DNA of 63,892 nt, the filler included, from a bacterium (GTDB lineage: Bacteria > JALSQH01): NCBI GenBank assembly GCA_026985515.1. It is 6 parts of 6 records of this genome, joined end to end, with 100 filler letters (N's around TTAATTAATTAA, not from the genome) between each part and the next. Parts side by side here need not be neighbours in the genome. Positions count along the whole stretch, not along the records: positions 20,142 to 30,395 come from JALSQH010000251.1; positions 30,496 to 54,082 come from JALSQH010000252.1; 4 more parts are not named here. One strand, given 5' to 3'. Each line of letters opens with the position of its first letter. The stretch's first letter is position 1. A program made the translations under genes and the position numbers. Positions 28,959 through 38,202 of the stretch are shown here, piece after piece. A model generated the notes under the pieces. That model was not told the origin of the DNA. It did not search any database and worked only from the letters and a program-made list of their open reading frames with translations.

Positions 28959-29354
28959 ATGTTTAAGAAAATTCTTGCAGTAGATGATTCTGAAGTTATT
29001 CTTAATCTCCATAAGATGACCTTCAAGAGATACCCCAATGTTGAGCTAATTACGGCAAAGAACGGGGTGGAAGCACTTAAAAAACTGCAGGAGATTGAAG
29101 GTATTGAAGTTATATTGCTTGATATTAATATGCCCCTGATGGATGGCATCACCTTTCTTGAAATTGTGAGGAGAGAAAAGGATAAGTATGGAGATATCCC
29201 CATAGTTATTATCAGTACGGAGGGGGAGGAGGAGAGTGTTCTGGAGGCTCTCAGAAAAGGGGCAACGGGATACATAAAAAAGCCTTTCAGGCAGAGGGAA
29301 CTTCACGAATTACTTGAAAAAATCGAGATGAAACTCAAACAGGGAAAACAGTAA
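28959..29354 (+). CDS. Single-domain response regulator (CheY-like)
   Basis: ILAVDDS, LLDINMPLMDG, ISTEG, YIKKPF. Confidence 0.93.
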   Translation: MFKKILAVDDSEVILNLHKMTFKRYPNVELITAKNGVEALKKLQEIEGIEVILLDINMPLMDGITFLEIVRREKDKYGDIPIVIISTEGEEESVLEALRKGATGYIKKPFRQRELHELLEKIEMKLKQGKQ

Positions 29355-29360
29355 GGGGTA

Positions 29361-30395
29361 ATGCCATTCCTCGTATGGCAAAAAATTACCAGAGAGTGGG
29401 GATCTTTTTTCTGGAAGGATTTCATTCCTTTTGAGACTCCCGATGGTTTACAACTGAGAATGATCAGAAAATGGCATCCTGATTATAGGGGTAAGGGTGC
29501 CGTTCTTCTTATACATGGTTTTGCTCAGAACAGATATTCATGGCATCTTCCTGATAGAAGTTTTGTAAACTATCTCGCCGTAAATGGATATGATGTGTTT
29601 AACCTCGAATTGAGAGGACATGGTAGAAGTGGTTTCAGGAGCTCTCCCCCTGAGTTGTTTGAAGATTATGTGGAAAAAGATGTTCCATCTGCGGTAAAAA
29701 AAGTGGTTGAAGTTAGTGGAGAAAAAAAATTATTTGTAATTGGACACAGTCTCGGAGGAGCAATAATCTATGCATCTGCACCTTTTTTTAAGGATCACAT
29801 AAGGGGAATCGTTACCATTGGGGGTGTATTTCTGTTTGGGCAGGGGCAGAAGATTTTTAACCTTATATCAAAATTGGCAGTTACTCTAGACAGGAATTTA
29901 AGATTCCTGGATCTGCTGGGTTATGTTCCTTTTCACATTGTGGGTGAAATTCTTGAGAAGACCACAATAATTCTGAATTCACCTCTTTTCCGTGACTTCC
30001 CGATTACTCCATGGTATCCTGGAAGCATTGAGAGAGAACTTGCCAGATTCAGATTGAAAGAGGGATTTGATAAGACGGGAATCAATATACTGAAAATAAT
30101 GATAAAATGGGCATCGGAAGGAAGGTTTACAGATCTGGAGGGTAAGAAGGATTACTGGTCTGAGTTCGTAAAACTGGATGTTCCGCTTCTTGTGATAACC
30201 GGTGATAGAGATACTCTTTGTACCCATGCAGATGCGTATCCAGCATATTTTTTTTCACAATCAAGGGATAAAGAATACAGAATTTTCACATTTAAAGATG
30301 GAAATACTCACTGGGGTCATATTGATTTGATCCAGGGACAGATGGCTCCATATATTGTCTGGCCATACATTCTACACTGGATGGAAGTCAGGTGA
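29361..30395 (+). CDS. Alpha/beta hydrolase (lipase/PhaC-like)
   Basis: IHGFAQN, GHSLGG nucleophile, GDRD acid, HWGHIDL His: complete triad. Confidence 0.88.
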   Translation: MPFLVWQKITREWGSFFWKDFIPFETPDGLQLRMIRKWHPDYRGKGAVLLIHGFAQNRYSWHLPDRSFVNYLAVNGYDVFNLELRGHGRSGFRSSPPELFEDYVEKDVPSAVKKVVEVSGEKKLFVIGHSLGGAIIYASAPFFKDHIRGIVTIGGVFLFGQGQKIFNLISKLAVTLDRNLRFLDLLGYVPFHIVGEILEKTTIILNSPLFRDFPITPWYPGSIERELARFRLKEGFDKTGINILKIMIKWASEGRFTDLEGKKDYWSEFVKLDVPLLVITGDRDTLCTHADAYPAYFFSQSRDKEYRIFTFKDGNTHWGHIDLIQGQMAPYIVWPYILHWMEVR

Positions 30396-30495
30396 NNNNN
30401 NNNNNNNNNNNNNNNNNNNNNNNNNNNNNNNNNNNNNNNTTAATTAATTAANNNNNNNNNNNNNNNNNNNNNNNNNNNNNNNNNNNNNNNNNNNN
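30396..30495. other. Artificial contig/scaffold spacer
   Basis: N44-TTAATTAATTAA-N44. Confidence 0.98.
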
Positions 30496-30537
30496 GAGAA
30501 ACTGGCTATCTGGCAGGAAGCAGTGGAAAAAGCCTAA
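30496..30537 (+). CDS. C-terminal 13 codons of a gene lost in the gap, possibly glycerol kinase
   Basis: EKLAIWQEAVEKA-stop resembles the W..AV..A end of GlpK; stop overlaps the convergent gene's stop. Very short evidence. Confidence 0.3.
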   Translation, partial: EKLAIWQEAVEKA

Positions 30538-30863
30538 TTCATTGCCAGCCTGGAAGTGGCCTCAACAGTTATTATGGCACTGCTCAGGCCACTTCCAAGT
30601 TCCTCTTCAAGATAACTTAAAACTTCCATTGGAGCTTCAATGACGAGTTCTACGAGACTTCCCCCTATCAGGGACCCGAAGAGGCGAAACCTCAAACTTC
30701 CATCTACAGGGACTCTTTCAGTTTTTTCAGGTGGAATCTTCATAATTATTTCCTCTACCCCCAGCGCCATGAGTGAATTGGATAGAAATTCGATGTCTCT
30801 TCTGGCACTCTCGGTGCTGAAATTCCCATAAATTATTTTCATCTTTCCCATTTTTTCATCCAT
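30534..30863 (-). CDS. Hypothetical protein, possibly P-II-like fold
   Basis: ATG overlapping the BASS stop; about 109 aa with an alternating beta/alpha pattern. Confidence 0.6.
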   Translation of the reverse strand: MDEKMGKMKIIYGNFSTESARRDIEFLSNSLMALGVEEIIMKIPPEKTERVPVDGSLRFRLFGSLIGGSLVELVIEAPMEVLSYLEEELGSGLSSAIITVEATSRLAMN

Positions 30864-31767
30864 TATCTTCCCTCCTCCACACAGTAGCAAGAATGGGGCC
30901 ACTTATGTTGTGCCACACACTGAAAAAGGCACTGGGAAGAGCGGCCAGGGCTGAAAAGTGCTTTATTGCAAGAGCCATAGCAAGTCCAGAATTCTGCATT
31001 CCAACTTCAATGGACACTGTTCTCCTCTGCTTTACATCCTTTATAAAAATTGCCGCACCCCAGTATCCAAGGAGAAAACCTGTTAAATTATGGAGAATTA
31101 CAGCCAGCACCACAACTGCACCCGCCTCTAAAATCCTTTCTCTGTTTAATGAGACAATTATTCCCACAAGAAGTGCAATGGTAAAAACCGAAATAAGAGG
31201 AAAGACCTGATTGACACTTTTTGTCACCCTCGGGAAAAGATATCTCAGCATGAGTCCTGCTGTGACCGGTATTATGATTATGATGAGAATGCTTTTGAAC
31301 ATTCCCCAGACAGGGACGGGGACCCAGTGACCTGCAAGAAGATAGGTCAAAAAGGGTGTCATAACAGGGGAGAGAAAGGTGTTAAAAGATGTCATTGAGA
31401 CAGAAAGGGCAACATCGCCCTTTGCAAGGTAGGTTATCACATTGCTCGCAGTTCCTCCCGGGGAAGAACCAACCAGAACCATTCCCACTAAAAGTTCCGG
31501 TGAAAATCCAAATAATCTTGCAAGTATGAAACCAACAAGGGGCATAATGGTAAACTGAAGAAAAAATCCCACAAAGATTCCCTTTGGATCCTTTACAACC
31601 CGGAGAATATCATCAAAGGTTAAGGTCATACCCATCCCCAGCATGATTATACCCAGACCGGGTACAATCACACCTTTCCAGCCTGCCATAAGAGAGGGAT
31701 CAATCAAGCCCACAATGGCAAAGAGGATCACCCACAGAGGGAAGAGGTCAACGATTCTTTTCAACAA
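30856..31767 (-). CDS. Bile acid:sodium symporter (BASS/PanS-like) family transporter
   Basis: MLGMGMTL, LQFTIMP, SPGGTASNV, SIEVGMQNSGLA. Confidence 0.93.
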   Translation of the reverse strand: MLKRIVDLFPLWVILFAIVGLIDPSLMAGWKGVIVPGLGIIMLGMGMTLTFDDILRVVKDPKGIFVGFFLQFTIMPLVGFILARLFGFSPELLVGMVLVGSSPGGTASNVITYLAKGDVALSVSMTSFNTFLSPVMTPFLTYLLAGHWVPVPVWGMFKSILIIIIIPVTAGLMLRYLFPRVTKSVNQVFPLISVFTIALLVGIIVSLNRERILEAGAVVVLAVILHNLTGFLLGYWGAAIFIKDVKQRRTVSIEVGMQNSGLAMALAIKHFSALAALPSAFFSVWHNISGPILATVWRREDNG

Positions 31768-31804
31768 GTGTAACCTTCCTGTAATTTTAGATAATTATTC
31801 ACAT

Positions 31805-31867
31805 TCAGGAGAGGAAGTCAAAATCTAGTTCCCCCGCGACCCTTCTCAGAATCTCCCTGAAGGGCAT
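31805..31867 (-). pseudogene. Truncated N-terminus of a nucleotidyltransferase (toxin-like partner)
   Basis: MPFREILRRVAGELDFDFLS-stop overlapping the end of the 78-aa gene; resembles the start of the nucleotidyltransferase that I recall following this small protein. Confidence 0.45.
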
Positions 31868-32054
31868 TGAGTATCCTCGCTATTTTTATTTTGACTTCTA
31901 TTCCTTCAAGAGGATCTTCAGACTCCCATACTCCAAGAGCCCTGGCCTCTTCAAACATTGCTTCAAGCAGGTTAAATTTTGCGTCAATGGAAAGGTTATC
32001 TTTCCTGATAAATTCATCTTCAAATTTTTTCCACAGTTCAGGATCCTTTATCAT
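31818..32054 (-). CDS. Small hypothetical protein (antitoxin-like partner of nucleotidyltransferases)
   Basis: MIKDPELWKKFEDEFI...AMFEEARALGV...DPLEGIEVKIKIARILN; GAGGTG upstream. Confidence 0.75.
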   Translation of the reverse strand: MIKDPELWKKFEDEFIRKDNLSIDAKFNLLEAMFEEARALGVWESEDPLEGIEVKIKIARILNALQGDSEKGRGGTRF

Positions 32055-32089
32055 TTCACCTCTATTATAGCTATTTTGAATAAGATTTT

Positions 32090-32118
32090 AAAACGGGGAG
32101 ACCGCGGAGCGGTCTCCC
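32090..32118 (-). terminator. Terminator hairpin after the 791-aa lipoprotein gene
   Basis: 10-bp stem GGGAGACCGC / GCGGTCTCCC (32096-32118) followed on the minus strand by CGTTTT. Confidence 0.7.
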
Positions 32119-32145
32119 ACCCCTGCTCTCCCCCTCACTGATCCC

Positions 32146-34521
32146 TCACCTCTGCAACTCCACCGCCCCTATGTCGGTGGGGAGAAGAGACTCATCAGTA
32201 AAAGACCATTCTGTTGAATATGTATCACCGCTTATCCAGTATAACTGCCTGTACTTACCACTTCTGTAACAATCGTCGTCCCTGTAGGCATTGCCCGTAT
32301 AATCGTCGTTGCATGTATGTATACCCACAATATTCACACTCCTCATACCTCCGTAAAAATCGTAGCCTGAAACCGCGTCAATAAAATCTGGATCCCCGCC
32401 CCACAAACCAGATGAAGTTAAGCCAAGATAATCTGCAGAAGGGATATAGCCACCATCAACACCGGTAGCCGTTGTATCTTCATAACTGTAATCAAGTAAC
32501 AACTTCAATCCTCCCTCCGTGACTGCACTGTTGTAGCGGGATTCGGCATCAGCCCCTGAGTTATTGTTAAGATCCACATCAAATTCTTTAAGGGTTGCAG
32601 CACTTTTATCTGAAAATTTCACGTAAATTGAACCATTACCCATGACGAATAAGTTAAACATTACTGAACCCGGACCACCATCACTGGTATCCCCGTCCAT
32701 GAAAAGGTAATTTTCTGCAAAACTCTGCTGATATGGATAAACAAAGACACTGGAATCAGGACCTGGTTCAACTATATTACCCGTAAAGTAAAGCCATTTC
32801 CCATATGAACTTGTGTATCTCCATAGTGGAAGATCAAAAACTATGTTGTTTCTGCTTCTCAAAATAATCGTATTGTACAAAATCCACACATACCCATCTA
32901 TGTAGGGATAAGGAGAATGTCTGGTGTCAATAATCTTTCCGCTCAGACTCTTCATATCAAGTATTGAATTGGATATTCCAAAATTGCTGAATCTCACCAT
33001 TGCGTGAGCCTCTCCTGGATTCAAATTCATGAAATAAAATTTCTGTACACTCTTCGTCAACTCCCTGCTAAAATACTCCTCTCCTGCACCCATGCTCCTG
33101 TAATCAGAAACATATATCCTGTTAAACCAGATCCTCTTCCCCTGGAGACCCTCTACAATCGTAACTTTCTCAGGATAAACGGTGGCTCCTGAAGTGAGCG
33201 CTGCAGGAAATTCACACTGATCAAAAAAGAGATCAGCCACATAATCTGAAGCGGCATTGGTTGAATCATCATAAGGGGTTCCCGAATCCAGAAGCAGCGC
33301 TGTAGATACACCTATAACATTCTTCCGTGATGGGAGTATCGCCAGTTTCTCAACCTTAGCTGTACCACTGCCGCTGGAGGAGAGGGACCCGTCATAGATA
33401 AAAGCCATTGTAAAAGTTTGAAAATCAGGGGTACTGTAATCATTCTGGGGAATATCATAACCGGGATCATAGTAGATTACAGGTCTTGCACTTTCATCCT
33501 TTGACCAGTCACTTCTGAATCCGCCTGTTATGAGCTCAAAAGGAGTATCCACAACCACCTGCTCATTGTAAAACCCCTCTGCAATGTAGATTTTTTTCCT
33601 CTCCGTTTCATTTTTCATCCTCTCTATTGCACTTGTTATGCAGTGATAGGGATAGACTGGTGTCCCCCACTTTGATCCATCTGTGACACTTTCGTCGTAA
33701 CAGGTGTCAACTTTCCCTGCGGGAGCTTCCTTACCTGAGGAAACAAATATTGCTTCAGGCTCACCATTTGAAAGCAGTTTGAAAATATAAAAATCCTTCT
33801 CGTAACTGTATCTCTTCACACCACCTTCTGCTGGTTCCACACATGTTAAACTGAATCTCACCTTCCCCTCACTCCCGAAATCAAGTCTGAGAGAATTTAG
33901 AGTTACCTCTGTTATTCCGTGACCAAATCTCATATATCCGTTAACCTCTTCTGTTACACCACTCATGGCAAAATTGTAGGTGCAGGTTATCTGGTCACCA
34001 TATTTGTCAAAATCTGGATCTTCAACCACCACCTTCAAATCCACCACACTGCCAGATGGGTCGAGTATATCTGGAAGTGGTACTCCCCCGGGAAGAGTTA
34101 GATAAACAGTGTAACTGGCTGGTGAGTATGTTCTTCCCACATTCACCACCACCTCTCCTGTAACTGCCCCGCCATGAAGGTCGAATACTTCAACCTTAAA
34201 ATGAAACTCTCCAAGCTTATCCGCTGTACCAGTGATTGCTGGATATGAAAAATTAACATTCTGTCCCTCAAAGAGTCCATCCAGATCGCTCCACTGATAA
34301 TAGAGTGTATCTCCATCAGGATCGTAAGATCCCGATGCATCCAGAACAACCTGTTCACCCTTTAATACACTGATCTGTGTGGCAGAAAGGACAAGTACCG
34401 GGGAATGATTTACCTTAGCTGGTGGAGTGGGTTGAACTGGCCGGGGACGTTTTTTCCTGCAGCCACCAGACATAAAAATAAAAAGGGAAAGGAGAATTAG
34501 GTACCCTATCTTTCTCCCCAT
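32146..34521 (-). CDS. Large surface lipoprotein: PKD/Ig-like domain + DUF1565/beta-helix-like region + DIGAxE end motif
   Basis: Lipobox SGGC; VVLDASGSYDPDGDTLYYQW; GTPVYPYHCITSAI...IYIAEGFYNE; C-terminal DIGAVE. Confidence 0.8.
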   Translation of the reverse strand: MGRKIGYLILLSLFIFMSGGCRKKRPRPVQPTPPAKVNHSPVLVLSATQISVLKGEQVVLDASGSYDPDGDTLYYQWSDLDGLFEGQNVNFSYPAITGTADKLGEFHFKVEVFDLHGGAVTGEVVVNVGRTYSPASYTVYLTLPGGVPLPDILDPSGSVVDLKVVVEDPDFDKYGDQITCTYNFAMSGVTEEVNGYMRFGHGITEVTLNSLRLDFGSEGKVRFSLTCVEPAEGGVKRYSYEKDFYIFKLLSNGEPEAIFVSSGKEAPAGKVDTCYDESVTDGSKWGTPVYPYHCITSAIERMKNETERKKIYIAEGFYNEQVVVDTPFELITGGFRSDWSKDESARPVIYYDPGYDIPQNDYSTPDFQTFTMAFIYDGSLSSSGSGTAKVEKLAILPSRKNVIGVSTALLLDSGTPYDDSTNAASDYVADLFFDQCEFPAALTSGATVYPEKVTIVEGLQGKRIWFNRIYVSDYRSMGAGEEYFSRELTKSVQKFYFMNLNPGEAHAMVRFSNFGISNSILDMKSLSGKIIDTRHSPYPYIDGYVWILYNTIILRSRNNIVFDLPLWRYTSSYGKWLYFTGNIVEPGPDSSVFVYPYQQSFAENYLFMDGDTSDGGPGSVMFNLFVMGNGSIYVKFSDKSAATLKEFDVDLNNNSGADAESRYNSAVTEGGLKLLLDYSYEDTTATGVDGGYIPSADYLGLTSSGLWGGDPDFIDAVSGYDFYGGMRSVNIVGIHTCNDDYTGNAYRDDDCYRSGKYRQLYWISGDTYSTEWSFTDESLLPTDIGAVELQR

Positions 34522-34532
34522 CTTTCACCTCC

Positions 34533-34565
34533 TGAAAAAATTTCAAAAAACATGAAAAAATTTCA
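34533..34565. repeat. Two copies of palindromic TGAAA-AAA-TTTCA with 20-bp period
   Basis: TGAAAAAATTTCA at 34533-34545 and 34553-34565. Confidence 0.7.
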
Positions 34566-34603
34566 GAAAAAAATGACATATATCTCTCCCTTCCCTTTCA
34601 ACT

Positions 34604-34619
34604 TGCAACATTGATGCCA
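34604..34619 (-). promoter_or_regulatory. sigma54 (-24/-12) promoter of 32146-34521
   Basis: Minus strand TGGCATCAATGTTGCA with the exact GG-N10-GC spacing. Confidence 0.7.
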
Positions 34620-34652
34620 CTGCTTTCAATTGCATAAAAATCAGAAGGTTAC

Positions 34653-34681
34653 TTGCCTTTTGCTCCGGGTTGTTTTAAACT
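34653..34681 (+). promoter_or_regulatory. sigma70 promoter of 34699-36726
   Basis: TTGCCT-17 nt-TAAACT. Confidence 0.55.
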
Positions 34682-34698
34682 TAAAGAAGGAGGCAAAA

Positions 34699-36726
34699 AT
34701 GAAAATGATCTCAAATAGAAAACTTCTGAAAGTTCTTATTCCTTCAGTTCTTCTATCTCTGTTCCTTTACAGCTGCGGTGGATATATGGCCTATTTAGTG
34801 GCAGAGTTTATTGCCGAGCACAATCAACCAGAACCTGATAAGATAAACTTTAATCTCTATGACTTGCCCAGGATTTACAGAATAAAAGCAAATGCTGTGG
34901 AAATTTTTAAAAAAATTGAGTCTGAAGGTTTATCGGAAGACGACATAAACAGGCTTGAAGAAGTTATGCAGTATGAATCTTCCATATCCGATATTATTTC
35001 AAAGCATCTTGTGACAGCCTACTATTCAATGATCTTAATAGACTTAAAGTACCTGCTGGAAAAATTGACTGCCAATGTGAATGGAGTACATACTATATTT
35101 AAACCTCTCTCATCAATGAGCGACTTTTCCGCCATTTTTCAAAGAATGTTCTTTGAAAATCTGATACCCTTTATGAGTGATATTGAAAAGAGAATTGGAA
35201 TGCTTGCGTCTCTGGACCCTTCAAAAGTTCACCTTAAAGTGAAATACCTATCCTTGCATCTGAATATTCAGGGACTTCAGCAAATTCTTGGAGTGTTTAA
35301 TCTGAAAATTGAACCTCACTCTTTCTATATTACAGATTCCCTTCTTCTCAATGGAAACTGGACCTATGTTGAGGTACTGCTCATCGGATCTCTTAACAAC
35401 TGGTTGTATGTTTTTGAAAACCTGCTCAGAAGTCTGACACTTGGAGATACAGTCACTTTTGGCCCCATTCTGGACAACTACTCCCACATAACCACATCAG
35501 AAGCAATCCCCAGAGAAATTTTCTTTGCCCATTTTCTCGCTGATTCCTTTCACAGGGACCCACAATTTCTCGCTTTTGATCCTCTGGAGGGGAAGAAAAT
35601 TTTCTCATATGATTTAAGACTGCACCTTGATGCAGCTCTAAGTTACCTGACAGGTAGAGAAACCATTCTGAAATATCAGAACACTCTTTACGCTCCTCCA
35701 AATCCAGGATTGTTTGAAGCAATAAATCTTGAACTTACAAAGAAACAGGATGATAATTTCATTCAATTCCTTGAAGACCAGAATGATCCGGAACCCGGCA
35801 AATTTTCCACAGGTGACACAATTTACATCCCTGCTCTTGAAAATTTCATCCCCCAGCACTATCAGTTTAAAAATCCCTTATCAAGTGGAACAATTGAAAA
35901 ACTGCTTGAATTTGGCAAGTCCCTTGAAGCACAGTTAGAAAACTTCAACCGAAAACCTTCACCTGTGGATATTTCCCCGATTCTCAACTCCCTGTTTAAG
36001 GATCTTCACGACTATTACACTCCCGACGAACCTCAACCTGCATCTTTCCCTGAAGGTCTTCTCAAAATCAATGCAGGCTCATTTTTTGCATCAGCCTTCA
36101 CCGATTCCACCTTCACAGGATTGAGGGCTTTATTTCCTGCATGGGTCCCCAATCCCGACTACTCTTCATGCATTACAGATAGCGAAATTGGTAACCGCCT
36201 CGATTTTATTCCAGGTAAGAGATGTACAACGGAGGATAACAACCCGGGATTTGAAGTTTTTGAATCATTGATGGTCTTTGAAATGGAAAAGAAAAACCCC
36301 GATGGGTCATACCAGTTCTTTGGAAAATGGGTTACAGGAGGAAACTATTACTACGGTTTTATAAGCGGTGTAACTTCTGATCAGGGTCACTTTGACCTCT
36401 TCTTCATTGATAGAGGCATACCAAATCATGATTTCTTTGGTGACATCAACCTTTACGGTGATGTAATAACAGGAAACATTGAACCCCTGCCGCCAGATAA
36501 TCTCCTGCCTGAGGAAGGTGTACCACTTTACTATTCGGGTTTTCAATCCCCCGATTTTTATGGTCTTGTTGTAATTGATGCTTCAAAAATTCCTCTGATC
36601 CCTGTATGCAGAAACATTACCGGGAATAACAATCCTCTCTTTAATATAAACGCCATCATAAACTGCTTCAGACTTCAATATCACGAGCCACTCAGGAAAA
36701 TAGCAGAGGGGATGGGGATAAAATAA
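34699..36726 (+). CDS. Large hypothetical lipoprotein
   Basis: SD AGGAGG, ATG 34699, lipobox LYSC; no recognisable domain. Confidence 0.8.
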   Translation: MKMISNRKLLKVLIPSVLLSLFLYSCGGYMAYLVAEFIAEHNQPEPDKINFNLYDLPRIYRIKANAVEIFKKIESEGLSEDDINRLEEVMQYESSISDIISKHLVTAYYSMILIDLKYLLEKLTANVNGVHTIFKPLSSMSDFSAIFQRMFFENLIPFMSDIEKRIGMLASLDPSKVHLKVKYLSLHLNIQGLQQILGVFNLKIEPHSFYITDSLLLNGNWTYVEVLLIGSLNNWLYVFENLLRSLTLGDTVTFGPILDNYSHITTSEAIPREIFFAHFLADSFHRDPQFLAFDPLEGKKIFSYDLRLHLDAALSYLTGRETILKYQNTLYAPPNPGLFEAINLELTKKQDDNFIQFLEDQNDPEPGKFSTGDTIYIPALENFIPQHYQFKNPLSSGTIEKLLEFGKSLEAQLENFNRKPSPVDISPILNSLFKDLHDYYTPDEPQPASFPEGLLKINAGSFFASAFTDSTFTGLRALFPAWVPNPDYSSCITDSEIGNRLDFIPGKRCTTEDNNPGFEVFESLMVFEMEKKNPDGSYQFFGKWVTGGNYYYGFISGVTSDQGHFDLFFIDRGIPNHDFFGDINLYGDVITGNIEPLPPDNLLPEEGVPLYYSGFQSPDFYGLVVIDASKIPLIPVCRNITGNNNPLFNINAIINCFRLQYHEPLRKIAEGMGIK

Positions 36727-36753
36727 AAATTCTCTCCCTTCAATCCCTTCAAC

Positions 36754-36782
36754 TTGACAGGAGATTGTCATAGTGGTAATAT
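36754..36782 (+). promoter_or_regulatory. sigma70 promoter of fadR-etfBA
   Basis: TTGACA-17 nt-TAATAT with TGG extension. Confidence 0.65.
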
Positions 36783-36799
36783 GAATGAGTATTCATTCA
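36782..36799. promoter_or_regulatory. FadR (YsiA) operator
   Basis: TGAATGA-GTAT-TCATTCA palindrome matching the Bacillus FadR box TGAATGAnTAnTCATTCA; overlaps the predicted TSS. Confidence 0.85.
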
Positions 36800-36810
36800 G
36801 AGTGGATAAA

Positions 36811-37416
36811 ATGAAAAAAAATAACGGGTTGAAAAAACAGGTTGATAAAAGAGAAAAAATACTCTATGCTGCCGTGCGGGTTTTTGCAAAAAATGGTTTC
36901 TACAACTCCACCATTTCCCAGATAGCGAAAGAGGCAGGGGTGGCTGATGGAACCATTTACATCTACTTTAAAAACAAAGATGATATTCTCATCAAAGTTT
37001 TTGAAGAGGCAATGAGCGTTATACTGACCACCCTCAATGAAAAGATGAAAGAAGTTGACGATCCTGTGGAAAAACTCCGGATTTACATAGAAAATCAGTT
37101 TGAACTGGCAACCAACTATCCTGATCTTGCAGAAGTTATTCAGGTTGAATTAAGGCAGAGTGCCAAATTCATGAAAGAGTACACCAACGAACCCTTCCGG
37201 AAGTACCTGAACATCATTAAAGACATCATAAACGAAGGTAAAGAGAAGGGCATTTTCAGAGAGGATGTTGACGCAGGATTGATGAAGAGGGTAATCTTTG
37301 GAACTCTTGACGAAATAACTCTCCACTGGGTTTTAAAGGGTAAAAAATATGATCTGGCACCGGTGGTGGACAAACTGCATAAAATATTTCTTGAGGGAAT
37401 TCTGAAAAAACATTAA
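36811..37416 (+). CDS. fadR: TetR family fatty-acid degradation regulator (Bacillus FadR/YsiA type)
   Basis: IAKEAGVADGTIYIYFKNKDDILI, QVELRQS, IFGTLDE...WV...KYDL; linked to etfBA; operator upstream. Confidence 0.88.
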   Translation: MKKNNGLKKQVDKREKILYAAVRVFAKNGFYNSTISQIAKEAGVADGTIYIYFKNKDDILIKVFEEAMSVILTTLNEKMKEVDDPVEKLRIYIENQFELATNYPDLAEVIQVELRQSAKFMKEYTNEPFRKYLNIIKDIINEGKEKGIFREDVDAGLMKRVIFGTLDEITLHWVLKGKKYDLAPVVDKLHKIFLEGILKKH

Positions 37417-37431
37417 AAGGAGGAGGTTATC

Positions 37432-38181
37432 GTGAAGATCCTTGTACCAGTTAAAAGAGTTCCGGATCCAGATGTTAAAATTAAACTGAAAAAAGATGGG
37501 TCCGGGATCGACACTGAAGGTTTGAAGTTCGTTATCAATCCCTTTGATGAAATCGCTGTGGAAGAAGCTATCAGGATCAAGGAGAGACTCGGTGATGTGG
37601 AAATTGTGGTCGTTTCCATTGGTGGAGAGGAATCCACTGAACAGCTGAGAACCGCCATGGCTATGGGTGCCGACAGGGCAATCCTTGTGGTTCACCCGGA
37701 CTACATTGATCCCCCAAATGTTGCTGCCATTCTGGCGAAGGTCGTTGAAAAAGAGCAGCCTGATCTCATAATTGCCGGTAAGCAGGCAGTTGATGATGAC
37801 CTGGGTCAGGCGATGCAGATGCTGGCAGAGATGCTTGATTATCCCCAGGCTACCTTTGCATCAAAGGTGGAGATTGATGGTACAAAGGTAACGGTGGTCA
37901 GAGAGGTGGATGGTGGTCTCACCACAGTTGAATTCGAAATGCCAGGAATCATTACCGCTGAATTGAGATTGAATGAACCAAGGTACGCCTCTCTCCCGGG
38001 AATCATGAAGGCCAAAAGAAAACCACTTGACAAAATGACCCCTGCTGATTTAGGTGTGGAAGTTTCACCGAAACTCACGGTGAAAGCAATGTCTGAACCA
38101 CCAGCACGGAAAGCTGGTAAGATTGTTGAAAGTGTGGATGAACTTGTGAAACTCCTCCACGAAGAGGCAAAGGTAATCTAA
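37432..38181 (+). CDS. etfB: Electron transfer flavoprotein beta subunit
   Basis: [50 protein letters not shown]. Confidence 0.97.
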   Translation: MKILVPVKRVPDPDVKIKLKKDGSGIDTEGLKFVINPFDEIAVEEAIRIKERLGDVEIVVVSIGGEESTEQLRTAMAMGADRAILVVHPDYIDPPNVAAILAKVVEKEQPDLIIAGKQAVDDDLGQAMQMLAEMLDYPQATFASKVEIDGTKVTVVREVDGGLTTVEFEMPGIITAELRLNEPRYASLPGIMKAKRKPLDKMTPADLGVEVSPKLTVKAMSEPPARKAGKIVESVDELVKLLHEEAKVI

Positions 38182-38202
38182 CCCTAAAGAAGGAGAAGAG
38201 CC

